Source: Candidatus Hydrogenedentota bacterium
GTDB taxonomy: Bacteria; Hydrogenedentota; Hydrogenedentia; Hydrogenedentales; SLHB01
Direction of reading: 5' to 3'
DNA length: 64,000 nt
Assembly (NCBI GenBank): GCA_034408725.1
Contig: JAWXCN010000035.1
Coordinates: 36,201-100,200 of the forward strand
The stretch's first letter is position 1; each line of letters begins with the position of its first letter. The position numbers were made by a program, and so were the translations under genes. This document shows, one piece after another, positions 1-10,454 of this stretch. The notes under the pieces were generated by a model. That model saw nothing but the letters and a program-made list of their open reading frames with translations. It had not been told where the DNA came from and did no database searches.

Positions 1-466
1 TGAACGCCTGCTGTTTGGAGACATCGAAAAGGCGGAATCGTTTCTTGGCCGGCCGTATTCATTGGTCGGGACCGTTGTGACGGGCCGGCGAATAGGCGCA
101 AAACTCGGTTTTCCCACGGCCAATATCCAACCGCATCACAGCGCAGTCCCTGCGCAGGGCGTATATGTCTGCGAAGCGATTGTCAACGGTACACGACATC
201 TCGCTGCCGTCAACATCGGCATCGCGCCAACCATCCGCAACGAAGACCCGGCGATCGAAGCATATTTATTGGACTTTGATGGCGACTTATACGGGCGCGA
301 AATGGAACTGGTGTTTCGCAAACGTCTTCGTGACGAAATGCGGTTTCCCACAGTGGAAGCGCTCATCGCGCAAATCGACCTGGATGTCATCGCCACGCGC
401 GCATTTTTCACGGGAGGGCGCGCGTCCCCGCGCGCCGGATTGCGTTCTCCCGATACGGCTACGTAA
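1..466 (+). CDS. ribF: Bifunctional riboflavin kinase/FAD synthetase, C-terminal part (5' end outside window)
   Basis: Frame open from base 2 (ERLLFGDIEKAESFLGRPYSL...); flavokinase motifs GRRIGAKLGFPTANI, NIGIAPT, EAYLLDFDGDLYG, RLRDEMRF. Confidence 0.95.
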   Translation, partial: ERLLFGDIEKAESFLGRPYSLVGTVVTGRRIGAKLGFPTANIQPHHSAVPAQGVYVCEAIVNGTRHLAAVNIGIAPTIRNEDPAIEAYLLDFDGDLYGREMELVFRKRLRDEMRFPTVEALIAQIDLDVIATRAFFTGGRASPRAGLRSPDTAT

Positions 467-522
467 GATAAAGCGCGCTGCGACGCGCGCCCTCCCGTAT
501 TGCGCGCTACTTGGAGGCAACC

Positions 523-3168
523 ATGAAAACTTGTCCTAAATCGGTGCTTTTCCTGTTTGCCGTTTTAACCGCGTCCGCGGCGGAGATTGCCGTTCCCGGC
601 GATCACCCTTCCATACAAACTGCAATCGATGCGGCAGCGCCGGGCGACACCGTAGTCATTGCTCCGGGAACGTATGCCGAAGCGCTCACGTTGAAAGACG
701 GTGTATCACTTCGCGGCAGCTCGCGCGACGAAGTAATCGTCGAATCCCCTTCCACGGCGGGCGCGGTCCTCACGATCAACGCATGCGGCTCAGGCAAAAT
801 CGAAGGCATTACGTTTCGGCACGCGTCAGTTCGCGAAGGCGCAAAATCCGATGAGGCACCCGGCGTCATTGATGTGGTCAACAGCACGGTAGACATTGTG
901 AACTGCTCCATCACCAACGGCGAAGGACATGGCGTTTACTTGAAGGCTGGAGGCCAACCCAGCCTGCGCGATTGTATCGTGGACGGAAACGGCGGCAGCG
1001 GTGTTTTCCTCGATGGCCCTGGAATGTTGGCGCGCCTCATCGGCAATACAATTACAAACAACAAACACACGGGTGTTGACGTGTTCACCGCGGACACCGG
1101 CGCCAATCTCAATCGAAACGTAATGAAGGGCAACGGTGTCTACGGACTTTGGGCTGAAACCGGCGCCAAGGTGCTAACAACGGACGATGACTTCACGGAT
1201 AACGCCCAGGTCAATGATTACGAGGCCCGCATCCTTCGCAACGCGAAACGATTCGACGCCATCGAGCAAATTGCCGAACGCCTCCGGCGCGACGAGACCC
1301 GCTACCCTTCAGGCACGTGGCAGCTCGAGGCCTTTTACGATTATCTTTCCAGCCGTTCGCGCGTCCTGGGCGCCGAAGAATTGAAACAGGCGGAACAGGC
1401 AGTTGAAGAATGGAAGAAAGCGTTCCCGAATTCCATCGCGGCCAGAAATTATCTGTTCGATCTCAATTGCGGCCAGGCATGGAAAGCGCGTGGAAGCGGA
1501 TACATAGACACCGTCACGCCCCACAACCTTCAGGTGTACCGGACGTACATGACCAAGGCGCGCGCCGTTATGGACGAAGCGGCAAACGTCGAGCCTAAAG
1601 ATGCGGAGTACTACACCAACTTGTGTACGCTCGCCATAGAGTTTCCGCGCCCTGCCGATACCAGCCTCTCCGGGTTGGTGTACGGCGTTTTTTCAAGTGT
1701 ATTCGGCGGCAAAACGGAAGACGAGTTTACCGCCGCGTACAACGCCGGCGTAGCCCACGAACCGCTCTACTATCCGCTCTATATGGAGCGCATCCGCGGC
1801 CTGCTTCCGCGCTGGCGCGGAACTCCCGCCCAAATCAAAACATTCGCGAACGAAGCCGCGGATCGCGTTCCCGGTGACGACGGCCTGACGCTCTTTGCAT
1901 TGATTGCCACCAGTGTGCGCAAATGGGAAGGGGAGACCCGATACGAGGAGATATATTCATTCTCGTGGGACCGCGTCCGCGCCGGGTACAACGCCTTCCT
2001 GAAGCAGTATCCCAATTCAAACCGCAGGCGCAACGACTTCGCATGGATGGCCTGCGCGGAACGCGACAAGGAAACCGCCTCGTTTTTGTTTCAGGAACTC
2101 AAGGACGAGTGGCACGATATGGTCTGGTCGAATATAGACGAGTACAACGCATTCAAAGCCTGGGCCGTGGACGGCGCCGCATTCCCGGATAGATCGCCCC
2201 TCGAACGGGCCATCGTCGAGAATGATTCAGAGGCAGTGCAATCGCTGTTAGCGTCCGGCAGCGATCCCAACACGAAAACACGCAGTGGTTGGTCCATGCT
2301 CGGACTCGCGATCAATGCCGGCAATTATGATTTGGCTGAAAGGTTGATAACAGCGGGCGCTGATATCAATGCAGTTGACCCGGAAGGAACGCCGCTACTG
2401 CAGTTCACATTAAACGATATGCAGCCGGACAATTTGTTGTTCATGCTCGAACACGGCGCGGATCCAAACGTAATCGACAAAAGCGGGTGGCAACCATTAT
2501 GCATCGTCATGAGCTGGGGCAGACCGCAGTACGTCGCCACGTTGTTACAGCATGGCGCGGACCCGAATTTCGCCGACGGCATCGTCCAGACGCCGCTCCA
2601 GCATGCAATTCAGAAAGGCTACAAAAACATTCTACCGGTATTGCTAAACCACGGCGCCGACCCGAACCTGGTTGGGAAAGATGATTCGTCGCCGTTGAGC
2701 ATGGCCGCGCGCAACCAGGACATTGCATTGTGCAAGCTCTTGCTCGAACGTGGAGCAGACCCAAACCTTGGCACGTTCGAGAAATGGGCCCCAATTTACG
2801 AAGCGGCCGATCTCGGCAATCTCGAACTGGCCCGCCTGCTCGTCGACAACGGTGCGGATGTGAACATGGTTCAAACCGACGGCTGGACGACTTTCCACAT
2901 GGCCGTCATGGCGGGCCACCAGGACATGCTCGTATACTTGCTCGAACTCTCGCCCGAAGGACTGAACGCGATCACACATACCAAATACACGTTGCTGCAC
3001 ACCGCCGCAAAAAACGGCCAAACAGAACTCGCGCGATTCCTTATTCAGAAAGGGTTGGATTTGAATGCCCGCGAAGGAGAAGAAAACAAAACACCATTGT
3101 CCCTCGCAATAGATCGCAAACACTCAGAAACCGCCGAGGTGATCCGCGCCGCTGGCGGGAAAGAATGA
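523..3168 (+). CDS. Secreted protein: right-handed beta-helix domain + DUF4034-like domain + ankyrin repeats
   Basis: RBS GGAGG then ATG 523; signal peptide; VPGDHPSIQTAIDAAAPGDTVVIAPGTY beta-helix start; WKKAFPNS...AWKARGSGY and LLPRWRG DUF4034-like motifs; about 9 C-terminal GADPN/GADVN ankyrin repeats. Confidence 0.8.
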   Translation: MKTCPKSVLFLFAVLTASAAEIAVPGDHPSIQTAIDAAAPGDTVVIAPGTYAEALTLKDGVSLRGSSRDEVIVESPSTAGAVLTINACGSGKIEGITFRHASVREGAKSDEAPGVIDVVNSTVDIVNCSITNGEGHGVYLKAGGQPSLRDCIVDGNGGSGVFLDGPGMLARLIGNTITNNKHTGVDVFTADTGANLNRNVMKGNGVYGLWAETGAKVLTTDDDFTDNAQVNDYEARILRNAKRFDAIEQIAERLRRDETRYPSGTWQLEAFYDYLSSRSRVLGAEELKQAEQAVEEWKKAFPNSIAARNYLFDLNCGQAWKARGSGYIDTVTPHNLQVYRTYMTKARAVMDEAANVEPKDAEYYTNLCTLAIEFPRPADTSLSGLVYGVFSSVFGGKTEDEFTAAYNAGVAHEPLYYPLYMERIRGLLPRWRGTPAQIKTFANEAADRVPGDDGLTLFALIATSVRKWEGETRYEEIYSFSWDRVRAGYNAFLKQYPNSNRRRNDFAWMACAERDKETASFLFQELKDEWHDMVWSNIDEYNAFKAWAVDGAAFPDRSPLERAIVENDSEAVQSLLASGSDPNTKTRSGWSMLGLAINAGNYDLAERLITAGADINAVDPEGTPLLQFTLNDMQPDNLLFMLEHGADPNVIDKSGWQPLCIVMSWGRPQYVATLLQHGADPNFADGIVQTPLQHAIQKGYKNILPVLLNHGADPNLVGKDDSSPLSMAARNQDIALCKLLLERGADPNLGTFEKWAPIYEAADLGNLELARLLVDNGADVNMVQTDGWTTFHMAVMAGHQDMLVYLLELSPEGLNAITHTKYTLLHTAAKNGQTELARFLIQKGLDLNAREGEENKTPLSLAIDRKHSETAEVIRAAGGKE

Positions 3169-3223
3169 GATTCGCGACGCCACTGTGACCGTAAAAATCT
3201 TCGTTGATGCACGGCGCGGCGGT

Positions 3224-3252
3224 TTGACCGGAATCGGCCCCTGTGCTACCTT
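3224..3252 (+). promoter_or_regulatory. Putative sigma70 promoter for ridA operon
   Basis: TTGACC-17 bp-TACCTT with extended TG. Confidence 0.5.
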
Positions 3253-3294
3253 CCATTAACCGATTCTTCGGAAAAATATGAGGTCTATCCGTCC

Positions 3295-3678
3295 ATGTCC
3301 AAACGCTGCATTACCGCGCCAAAAGCTCCGCCCGCAGTCGGTCCGTATTGCCATGCAACAATCGCTGGCAACCTGGTGTTTTTATCCGGACAAGGCCCAA
3401 TGGCCCCAGACGGGAGCGGTCCGCGGCGGGATTCGTTCGAGGTGGAAGTGCGGCAAACACTGGATAATATCAGGGCAGTATTGGAAGGGGCGGGTACAAA
3501 CCTTGAACACGTCGTGAAAACCAACGTCTATTTGTCCGATATGAATGACTTCGGGGAAATGAACGGCATATATAAAGAGTATTTTTCGCAGAATCCGCCG
3601 GCGCGAACAACCATTCAGGCCGCGCGGCTACCGTTGGATTTCCGAATCGAAATCGACGCGATTGCCCTCTTGCCGTAA
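3295..3678 (+). CDS. ridA: RidA/YjgF family enamine deaminase
   Basis: APPAVGPY, LVFLSGQ, VVKTNVYL, PPARTTIQAARLP, IEIDAIA motifs. Confidence 0.93.
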   Translation: MSKRCITAPKAPPAVGPYCHATIAGNLVFLSGQGPMAPDGSGPRRDSFEVEVRQTLDNIRAVLEGAGTNLEHVVKTNVYLSDMNDFGEMNGIYKEYFSQNPPARTTIQAARLPLDFRIEIDAIALLP

Positions 3679-3681
3679 ATC

Positions 3682-4944
3682 ATGAAATTCAGGCTTTACA
3701 TGCTTCGTTATACACTGCCGGTAGCGCTGGGCGTTTGCGCGGTCTGGGCGGATTCCGCCGCGGATTTCAACGCGTTGGGCGTCGCTGCATATATTGAAAA
3801 GCGTTGGGACGCCGCGATTCAACAATTCGGCGAAGCATACGAGCTTGCGAAAGACAATCAAACCGTCCGAAGGAACCTGTGTAACGCCTACCAGGCGCAA
3901 TCCAATGAATTGGCGCGCATTAACGATTTTCAAACCGCGACCGATTTGTTGACGTTGGCAATCAGCGTGGACCCGGAAAATGCATCCCCCCTGGTCCAAC
4001 TCGGATCGTACTATCTTCACCTCGACATGAATTCTGACGCCGTATACCGGCTCGAGGAAGCCGTCGAACTCGATCAGTCGAATCTCGACGCGCAAGAACT
4101 TCTGGGCGACGCGTATTACCGGCAAAACGATCTGGCGTCCGCCCTGGCGCAATGGGAGACGGTGCGAGAAATCCAACCCAACCGGCCCAGTTTGCAGGGA
4201 AAGTTGCAGAAGGCCTATCGCGAGGAAGGTGTGGAAGGGGGATTCAACAAATACGCGTCGACCCACTTCGAGATCAGTTACAAGGAAGGCACCAACGGCG
4301 TCGATTTAGGAAAGACGCTTCAAATACTCGAACGCGCGTACCGTGAGATCGGCCGAAAGACCGGGGGTGTGCATCCGGCAACGCCTATTCAGGTTGTCGT
4401 GTATACGGCGCCGGATTTCGCGAAATCAACACAACTCGGAGAACATGTGGGCGCGGTTTATGACGGCAAAATTCGCGTTCCGATCAGGGACTCTCAAGGC
4501 CAGATGCTGCCGGAGAACGAACTCACGCGCCGTCTATACCACGAATACACCCACTGCGTTGTTCGCTATTGGGCCGGAAGCAATGTGCCGTGGTGGTTTA
4601 ACGAAGGGTTGGCCGAAACGTTTTCCAGCGAGATGGCCGCCGCCGATACCGCATTGTTGCAGGAAGCGCAGGCACAAGGGCTGCTCTTCGCGCTTGCGTC
4701 ACTCGAGGAGGCCCAACTCAAAAAGCTGGGCCCCGATCAGCTTCAACTCGCGTACCGGCAATCCCACGCCACCGTACACTATCTTTGGAACCGCTGGGGT
4801 CAACGCGGCCTTGCGGACATGATGGAACAATTGCAGAACGGCGCAAGCCATGAAGAGGCGCTTGTCTCGAGCTATCGCACGAACTACGATCTTCTTCAGC
4901 GAGACGTAACGCTCAGTTTTGGGCGAATGCTTTCCCAGCGATAG
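3682..4944 (+). CDS. Secreted TPR-repeat protein with peptidase MA-like zincin domain
   Basis: Signal peptide, TPR helices, HEYTH...PWWFNEGLAE zinc motif. Confidence 0.85.
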   Translation: MKFRLYMLRYTLPVALGVCAVWADSAADFNALGVAAYIEKRWDAAIQQFGEAYELAKDNQTVRRNLCNAYQAQSNELARINDFQTATDLLTLAISVDPENASPLVQLGSYYLHLDMNSDAVYRLEEAVELDQSNLDAQELLGDAYYRQNDLASALAQWETVREIQPNRPSLQGKLQKAYREEGVEGGFNKYASTHFEISYKEGTNGVDLGKTLQILERAYREIGRKTGGVHPATPIQVVVYTAPDFAKSTQLGEHVGAVYDGKIRVPIRDSQGQMLPENELTRRLYHEYTHCVVRYWAGSNVPWWFNEGLAETFSSEMAAADTALLQEAQAQGLLFALASLEEAQLKKLGPDQLQLAYRQSHATVHYLWNRWGQRGLADMMEQLQNGASHEEALVSSYRTNYDLLQRDVTLSFGRMLSQR

Positions 4945-5025
4945 TGCCTACCGGCATCTCCTGAAATTCGTCGTCGCTTCGTAGTATACTCTTGTCAACA
5001 ATCCAGCGAACACGGGTCTCTATCC

Positions 5026-5643
5026 ATGCGCATTCACCGCATCTCTATCTTCGCACTCGTAGTCATCACCGGTTGCGCGACAACATCACAACCTGAACCA
5101 GCGGATTTAACCGCGCTCGAGCCGATTGCCGAAAAGGGATTGCAGGTTGCCGGACCGTGGACACCTCTCGAGGACGGCATCACCAACATGGTGCCGAGCG
5201 ATGCGGCGGTCCAGGAGGGGCAAGTCCGCGACGGCACGGGAGTGAGCACCGCGGTCGTAAAGGGATTCAAGGCGCAGGACATTGTCGCCCAGGCAACCGT
5301 AGTCTTTGACGGGACAGGTGCTCCGTCGCTCGTATTTCGCGCATCCGAAAAAGATGGCGTCATCACCGATATGTATTCCGTCGCGTTGTACGGCGATGGC
5401 GTAAATATATGGCGAATGCGGGACGGGCAATGGGTGCTGCTCGAGGCCAAATCCATGCCGTTGCAAGCGCGCACGCCATATACATTGCGGGTCACTGCGA
5501 AAGACGAACGGATTCTCGTTTTCGTAAACGACGAGCAGACATCGGAGTTGATCGATGAATCACATGTTGTGGAAGGGCGCGCCGGAATTCGCGCAATAGA
5601 AGGACCGTGCAAGATTTCAGACCTGCGCGTTTCAAAACATTAA
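5026..5643 (+). CDS. Lipoprotein with beta-sandwich (DUF1080/LamG-like) domain
   Basis: Lipobox ITGC; YTLRVTAKDERILVFVND...GRAGIR pattern. Confidence 0.65.
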   Translation: MRIHRISIFALVVITGCATTSQPEPADLTALEPIAEKGLQVAGPWTPLEDGITNMVPSDAAVQEGQVRDGTGVSTAVVKGFKAQDIVAQATVVFDGTGAPSLVFRASEKDGVITDMYSVALYGDGVNIWRMRDGQWVLLEAKSMPLQARTPYTLRVTAKDERILVFVNDEQTSELIDESHVVEGRAGIRAIEGPCKISDLRVSKH

Positions 5644-5662
5644 CCTGCTTCCGGAGACACCG

Positions 5663-7711
5663 GTGAAACAATATGTATTCGTGTGCTTCCTCGCGTGCTG
5701 TGCAAGCACCGCGGCGACGATTTCAGGTCAGGTCGTCGCGCAGGGAGGCAAGGCCATACCGGGGTCCCGCGTCTACATCGAGCCGGGGCTTGGCGGCGCG
5801 CTCATGCAAACGACGGTATCCGCCGATGGCGCATTTCGATTCGATAACGTGCCAGCGGGTCTGTTGGGCATCTTTGCATATGCGGACGGTTACGCATTTG
5901 GCGGTCTAAGCGCGACCGTCGGCCCAGCGGACGAAGTAAAAGACCTGAGCATCACGTTGCTTTCCCCAGGAAGCGTGGGAGGACGGGTGATAAGTCCTAA
6001 AGGCGATCCGATTGCCGGCGCGCGGATCACGCGGGTGTTGGTGCTTGGCAACGCAAAAGTGAGTATCCCGCTGGCCAAACTTGTCGAGCAGGGTCATTCC
6101 GAACCCCAAACGGATGCTGAAGGAAGATTCTCAGTTCCAGAACTGCCGGTCGGTGCGAAGATCGCCATAAAGGTTGGCCATCCAAATTACGCGCAGCAAG
6201 GTGTGGGTGACATAACAGTGGGTGACCAGACTGTCCGCGTGCAATTGTACGAAGGAGTGATTTTGCGCGGAAGCGTCGTGGCGCGAGACAGCGGTCAGGC
6301 CGTCGCGAATGCGGTAATCGTAATCAGCGCGGCGCGGCCTCCGCACGATACCGTGCTCGCTAAGACCGACGGGACCGGCAAGTTTGTCGTTCGATTGAAT
6401 CCGAATACCTACGCGTTCCAATCCGCAAGCGCCGAACTCCGAAGCGCGGGATGGGAAAAGCTGACGGTCTCCGGACAGGAGGTGTCCCAGGAGGTGGTGT
6501 TGCGCGTCGCGGGGACAGGGACAATACGCGGCGAAGTGCGTAACGCCGTGACGAACGATCCGGTATCCGGAGCGCGCGTTTCGCTTGCGGCATTTGGTTC
6601 GCCCGCCGCGGTAATCACGACCAATAATTCCGGCACTTTCGAGTTCGATGCGGTCGAGGGAGAAAACACTGTCCGCGTCGAACCCGCGGCTGGGTTCTTG
6701 CAGCCCGAACGGCCTTTTATATCGCTCACCGTAAAGCAAGGCGAAACGGCGACGCTGCCGGCGTTTTACCTTGCGCCCTTGCCAGGCTACAAGGTGAAGA
6801 TCGTGGATGCGGATCAAAAAGCGGTCGCAGGCGTGATCGTGCGAATGATCCGCCCCATGCAGCATCGCTGGTACATCACCGGAGCGGACGGCACGGTAAC
6901 ACTTCAGGTTGCCAGCGCGCCGAAGACCAATAAAATTATTGGTATGGCCGAACGGCCCGCAACGCGCGAAGGCGCGCTATTCTCAATCGATATGGCCGCG
7001 AAATCGGAACCCGTGGTGCAACTGCTTTCGCTGGGTACAGTGACCGGCCAGGTGATGACGTCGAAAGAAAAGCCCGTCGAAGGTGTCGTAGTCGGCGGAC
7101 TTTTTCAAAGCGATGCCGATGATGAACCATTGCCATTGTGGCAAACGACAAGCGGCGCCGACGGCCGCTTTAGTTGGAATCACGTTGTGCCTTTTGTCCC
7201 ATCCGCATGCCTGGCATCAGCCGGCGACGATATTTTTGGGCGGTCGATACCATTCAATATTCAGCCTGGAGCAAGCCAGGACCTGGGCCGCATCGTGTTG
7301 GTCGAGCCCGCCAATTCAAAAAGCGCCAAACTAACGAAGCAAAAAGGATTGACCGGAAAGCCGCTCGAGTGGCACGTGAACCCGGTGCTCGCGGGCGCGT
7401 TGCCGTCGCGGGAAGAGTTGGATGCGGGCGCGCCCGCGGTCGTGATGTACACGACACCCGATGAAGCGGCGATGGTGATCGATGCGCTGTCCGTGGCGCG
7501 AAAAACGCTGTCCGTATCGGACGTTTTGTTCGTTGTCGTTGTAGATGGCCTGTATTCCGGCGAGGCCGGTGGCCTAATCGTTCTCCAAGGCAAATCACCG
7601 GGGCCGGCGACGACATACCTGCTTGATGCGAATGGCAACGTCGCCCTAGAGACCGCTGGTCTGCCGCCTGCCTCTGCAATTGTGGCGCTTGGAACGCCGG
7701 TCGCGGGTTGA
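5663..7711 (+). CDS. Secreted carboxypeptidase regulatory-like (prealbumin-fold) repeat protein with degenerate C-terminal thioredoxin-like region
   Basis: Signal peptide; repeated G-x-V...G.P..GA.V...T..DG.F units; C-terminal PATTYLLDANGNV. Confidence 0.75.
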   Translation: MKQYVFVCFLACCASTAATISGQVVAQGGKAIPGSRVYIEPGLGGALMQTTVSADGAFRFDNVPAGLLGIFAYADGYAFGGLSATVGPADEVKDLSITLLSPGSVGGRVISPKGDPIAGARITRVLVLGNAKVSIPLAKLVEQGHSEPQTDAEGRFSVPELPVGAKIAIKVGHPNYAQQGVGDITVGDQTVRVQLYEGVILRGSVVARDSGQAVANAVIVISAARPPHDTVLAKTDGTGKFVVRLNPNTYAFQSASAELRSAGWEKLTVSGQEVSQEVVLRVAGTGTIRGEVRNAVTNDPVSGARVSLAAFGSPAAVITTNNSGTFEFDAVEGENTVRVEPAAGFLQPERPFISLTVKQGETATLPAFYLAPLPGYKVKIVDADQKAVAGVIVRMIRPMQHRWYITGADGTVTLQVASAPKTNKIIGMAERPATREGALFSIDMAAKSEPVVQLLSLGTVTGQVMTSKEKPVEGVVVGGLFQSDADDEPLPLWQTTSGADGRFSWNHVVPFVPSACLASAGDDIFGRSIPFNIQPGASQDLGRIVLVEPANSKSAKLTKQKGLTGKPLEWHVNPVLAGALPSREELDAGAPAVVMYTTPDEAAMVIDALSVARKTLSVSDVLFVVVVDGLYSGEAGGLIVLQGKSPGPATTYLLDANGNVALETAGLPPASAIVALGTPVAG

Positions 7712-7715
7712 ATAA

Positions 7716-9596
7716 ATGCGAATCGTTTTGTTCGCGCTGATCTTCGTATGTTTGGCCTGCGCCAGCTACGGCCATACGGTTAGTGGAATCGTCACGGACG
7801 CTCAGGCCAATCCCGTTGCTAACGCGTCAGTATGGCTCAACCAGGACCGCGCGCCGCGAAAAACCGACGCCGCACCGGATGGAACATTTTCGTTTGACGG
7901 CGTAGACACGGGGCTGGTGGAGATCGTTGCCTGGAAGGAAGGACTTGCATGCGGTGGCATGGATGCGCGCGTTGCGGGTGACGCGAGCGTTGGCATCGTG
8001 CTCCGCGAACCGGCCACGGTCTCGTTGCAGCTTTTGGAGCGGCGGCTCGATCCACGCACGGGCGCGCCCGAACCGCCCCGCCCGATTGCCGGCGCGCGCG
8101 TGCTGTCCCTGTTTGTGAATAACGAATTCCATGCTTCCGTGGAAGACCTTGCGCCGCTCGGATTTCCGAATCCGCGAAGTGACGACACCGGGAAACTCAA
8201 TCTCGCCTTCCTGCCGAAAGGAGGTTACGCCAGCTTCACGGTTACCCACCGCGAATACGCGGACCAACATATCCCGTACTATCCCGTCGATCACAAGGAA
8301 CTCACCCTCCAGATGCTGCGGGGAATCGTGCTGCGCGGGAGGGCGACCAACAATCACAAGCTGGGTGTCCCGCGCGCGCGCGTGTCGATATCGAAAGTCG
8401 GTCCTCCGCCCTTGAGGAAATACAAGGAAGCGCTTAGTGATTCGGATGGTTTTTACGACGCAATACTCGAACCGGGCGATTACTTTGTCGTTGCGAAGCA
8501 CAGGGAGTACGCATCGTCAGAACCGGTGCGCGTGAGCGTGCGCATTGATCAAGACGAGGCGGTGTGTGACGTCGCCCTCGCAACCGCGCATCGTATTTCC
8601 GGGCGAGTGGCCAGCAAGGATGATCGGCCTGTCGCTGGGGTAAACGTCCACTATGTCAAGGAAGGCGTGATCTACGATTCCGCGCTCACCAGCGTCGATG
8701 GTTCATTTGAGCTGCGCGCAAGCGCGGGCGACGGAAAGATTCACGTCGACGCGCCGGATGGTTACATTGCAGAGCAGGGTACGGACGTAGGAGTCACGGT
8801 CACCGACGCGGACGTTGCGATCGGCTCGCCCTTGCGCATCACCGAATTGCCTGTCATTACAGGAACAATTGTAGATGAGGCCGGCGCGCCGCAGGCCAAC
8901 GTAATTGTGTCGTCCACGAATCTTGAACCCCAGGAATGGACTGTTACCGCTGACGACGGATCATTCGCGTTACGGCTTTTGCGCGCGCCACACGATGGGC
9001 AAGCCCAGTTCCGCGCCGAGCACCCTCGCCGGTTTACCCGGGCGGATTTTTCGCTCGCGCTTTCCGACCCTGCGCCGCAACGCATTCAATTGATCGAATT
9101 CACGCCCGACACCTCGCCTTGCGATCCCAACGCGGTGAGGAATGAACTGGAATTATTCCGCGACAAGCCTGCTCCACCGATAGACTGCAAGGAATGGTTC
9201 AACGTGGCGGATGCGAAAACCCCGGTGACCATCGCATCGCTCGCGGGCAAGGTTATCGTACTGGTCTTTTGGGGCGGGTTCGATACCACCGAACAGAGCC
9301 TGACGCGTATCCGGATGATGAACACCTTGCACGAGGTGTTTCGTGAAACGGATGACGTCGCCGTTGTCGGCATTTGCGACAGCATCAGTGAGTCCGACGA
9401 AGTACGCGCGTTTCTCCAGACAAACAGTGTTCAGTACCCGGTGGGCATCGACAACGAGACGGCGTCGTTCGATCTCTACGATATTTTTTCGATTCCCCAA
9501 GTTGTCGTGCTCGACAAGAAGGGCGTATTCCGCTACTACGACGTCGAGGGGCGGCTGCTTGAATTGATCAAGAGCCTGCGCCGCGAAGCAGGCTGA
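7716..9596 (+). CDS. Secreted carboxypeptidase regulatory-like repeat protein with C-terminal AhpC/TSA-TlpA-like thioredoxin domain lacking CxxC
   Basis: Same repeat units; KPAPPID...SLAGKVIVLVFWG...YPVGID...IPQVVVLDKKGVFRY. Confidence 0.8.
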   Translation: MRIVLFALIFVCLACASYGHTVSGIVTDAQANPVANASVWLNQDRAPRKTDAAPDGTFSFDGVDTGLVEIVAWKEGLACGGMDARVAGDASVGIVLREPATVSLQLLERRLDPRTGAPEPPRPIAGARVLSLFVNNEFHASVEDLAPLGFPNPRSDDTGKLNLAFLPKGGYASFTVTHREYADQHIPYYPVDHKELTLQMLRGIVLRGRATNNHKLGVPRARVSISKVGPPPLRKYKEALSDSDGFYDAILEPGDYFVVAKHREYASSEPVRVSVRIDQDEAVCDVALATAHRISGRVASKDDRPVAGVNVHYVKEGVIYDSALTSVDGSFELRASAGDGKIHVDAPDGYIAEQGTDVGVTVTDADVAIGSPLRITELPVITGTIVDEAGAPQANVIVSSTNLEPQEWTVTADDGSFALRLLRAPHDGQAQFRAEHPRRFTRADFSLALSDPAPQRIQLIEFTPDTSPCDPNAVRNELELFRDKPAPPIDCKEWFNVADAKTPVTIASLAGKVIVLVFWGGFDTTEQSLTRIRMMNTLHEVFRETDDVAVVGICDSISESDEVRAFLQTNSVQYPVGIDNETASFDLYDIFSIPQVVVLDKKGVFRYYDVEGRLLELIKSLRREAG

Positions 9597-9605
9597 TCCG
9601 GAATT

Positions 9606-10166
9606 CTATTCGCGTTCCGCGCTTATGGCCGCGCGCAGCTCAACCAACACCGGCAGCACGTCCTGCGGGTCCTGGAAATAGCCTTCAATCCAGCCAATGA
9701 CCGTTTCGACTACCGGCGTCCGCCAGCGCGTCGCGGGCCGCGCAAGCTCATCCCGCAGATACAACACGTCGCGCAACAGGCACTTTCGTTCTTCTCCGTC
9801 CAGCGGCGCAAAATCGGCCTGTTCGACGAGCCTTTCCATCAGCGCCGGCACCGATGCAAATGTCTCTTCGATGTCGCTTGGCGCGGGGGGATAATGCAAA
9901 TTGAATTCGTACCGGTTTTCGACGAGATCGATGCCTTGCGCAGTGATGCGCACCGCGGCGAACCACGGCGGATTGTACCCCATCATCAGTTCGACGTAAC
10001 CCTTGTCTCCAAGATAATGCATGTTGGCGAGCACATCCTGCTTCGGCACCATGCTGTCTGCCAGAACGTCCTCCGGCGTCAGCATTTCCAACGGGTCCTT
10101 GAGATAACGCTCGTACAACACGGTAAGCAACCTGCGCCGGACAGATTTCGGATGGATTGTCGTCAT
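9606..10166 (-). CDS. Hypothetical protein with N-terminal winged-helix domain
   Basis: Likely start MTTIHPK; RRRLLTVLYE...NMHYLGDKGYVE...RITAQGIDLVE wHTH pattern. Confidence 0.7.
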   Translation of the reverse strand: MTTIHPKSVRRRLLTVLYERYLKDPLEMLTPEDVLADSMVPKQDVLANMHYLGDKGYVELMMGYNPPWFAAVRITAQGIDLVENRYEFNLHYPPAPSDIEETFASVPALMERLVEQADFAPLDGEERKCLLRDVLYLRDELARPATRWRTPVVETVIGWIEGYFQDPQDVLPVLVELRAAISAERE

Positions 10167-10454
10167 GTAAACATTATACCAATCCACGCCGCCCGCCGCC
10201 TGCGCACAGACCACCCCGGAGAGCCGCTCGTTCCACTTTGACGCAAAGCGCCGCGAAAGGGGGGTGTACAGATTAATTTTTTGACGATACAAGGGGGGGT
10301 GTAGGGGGGCGGTGCGCGACTTGACCGTTTTGATAGTTGTCATGGATGGAGTTCTCCTTATCTATAAGGGGCGGGGCGTTGCACTCGCTTCAGCGTGTGG
10401 TGTGTCCGCAGATTTACGCAGATGGGCGCGGATTGGGATCAAGGAAACGCAGCG

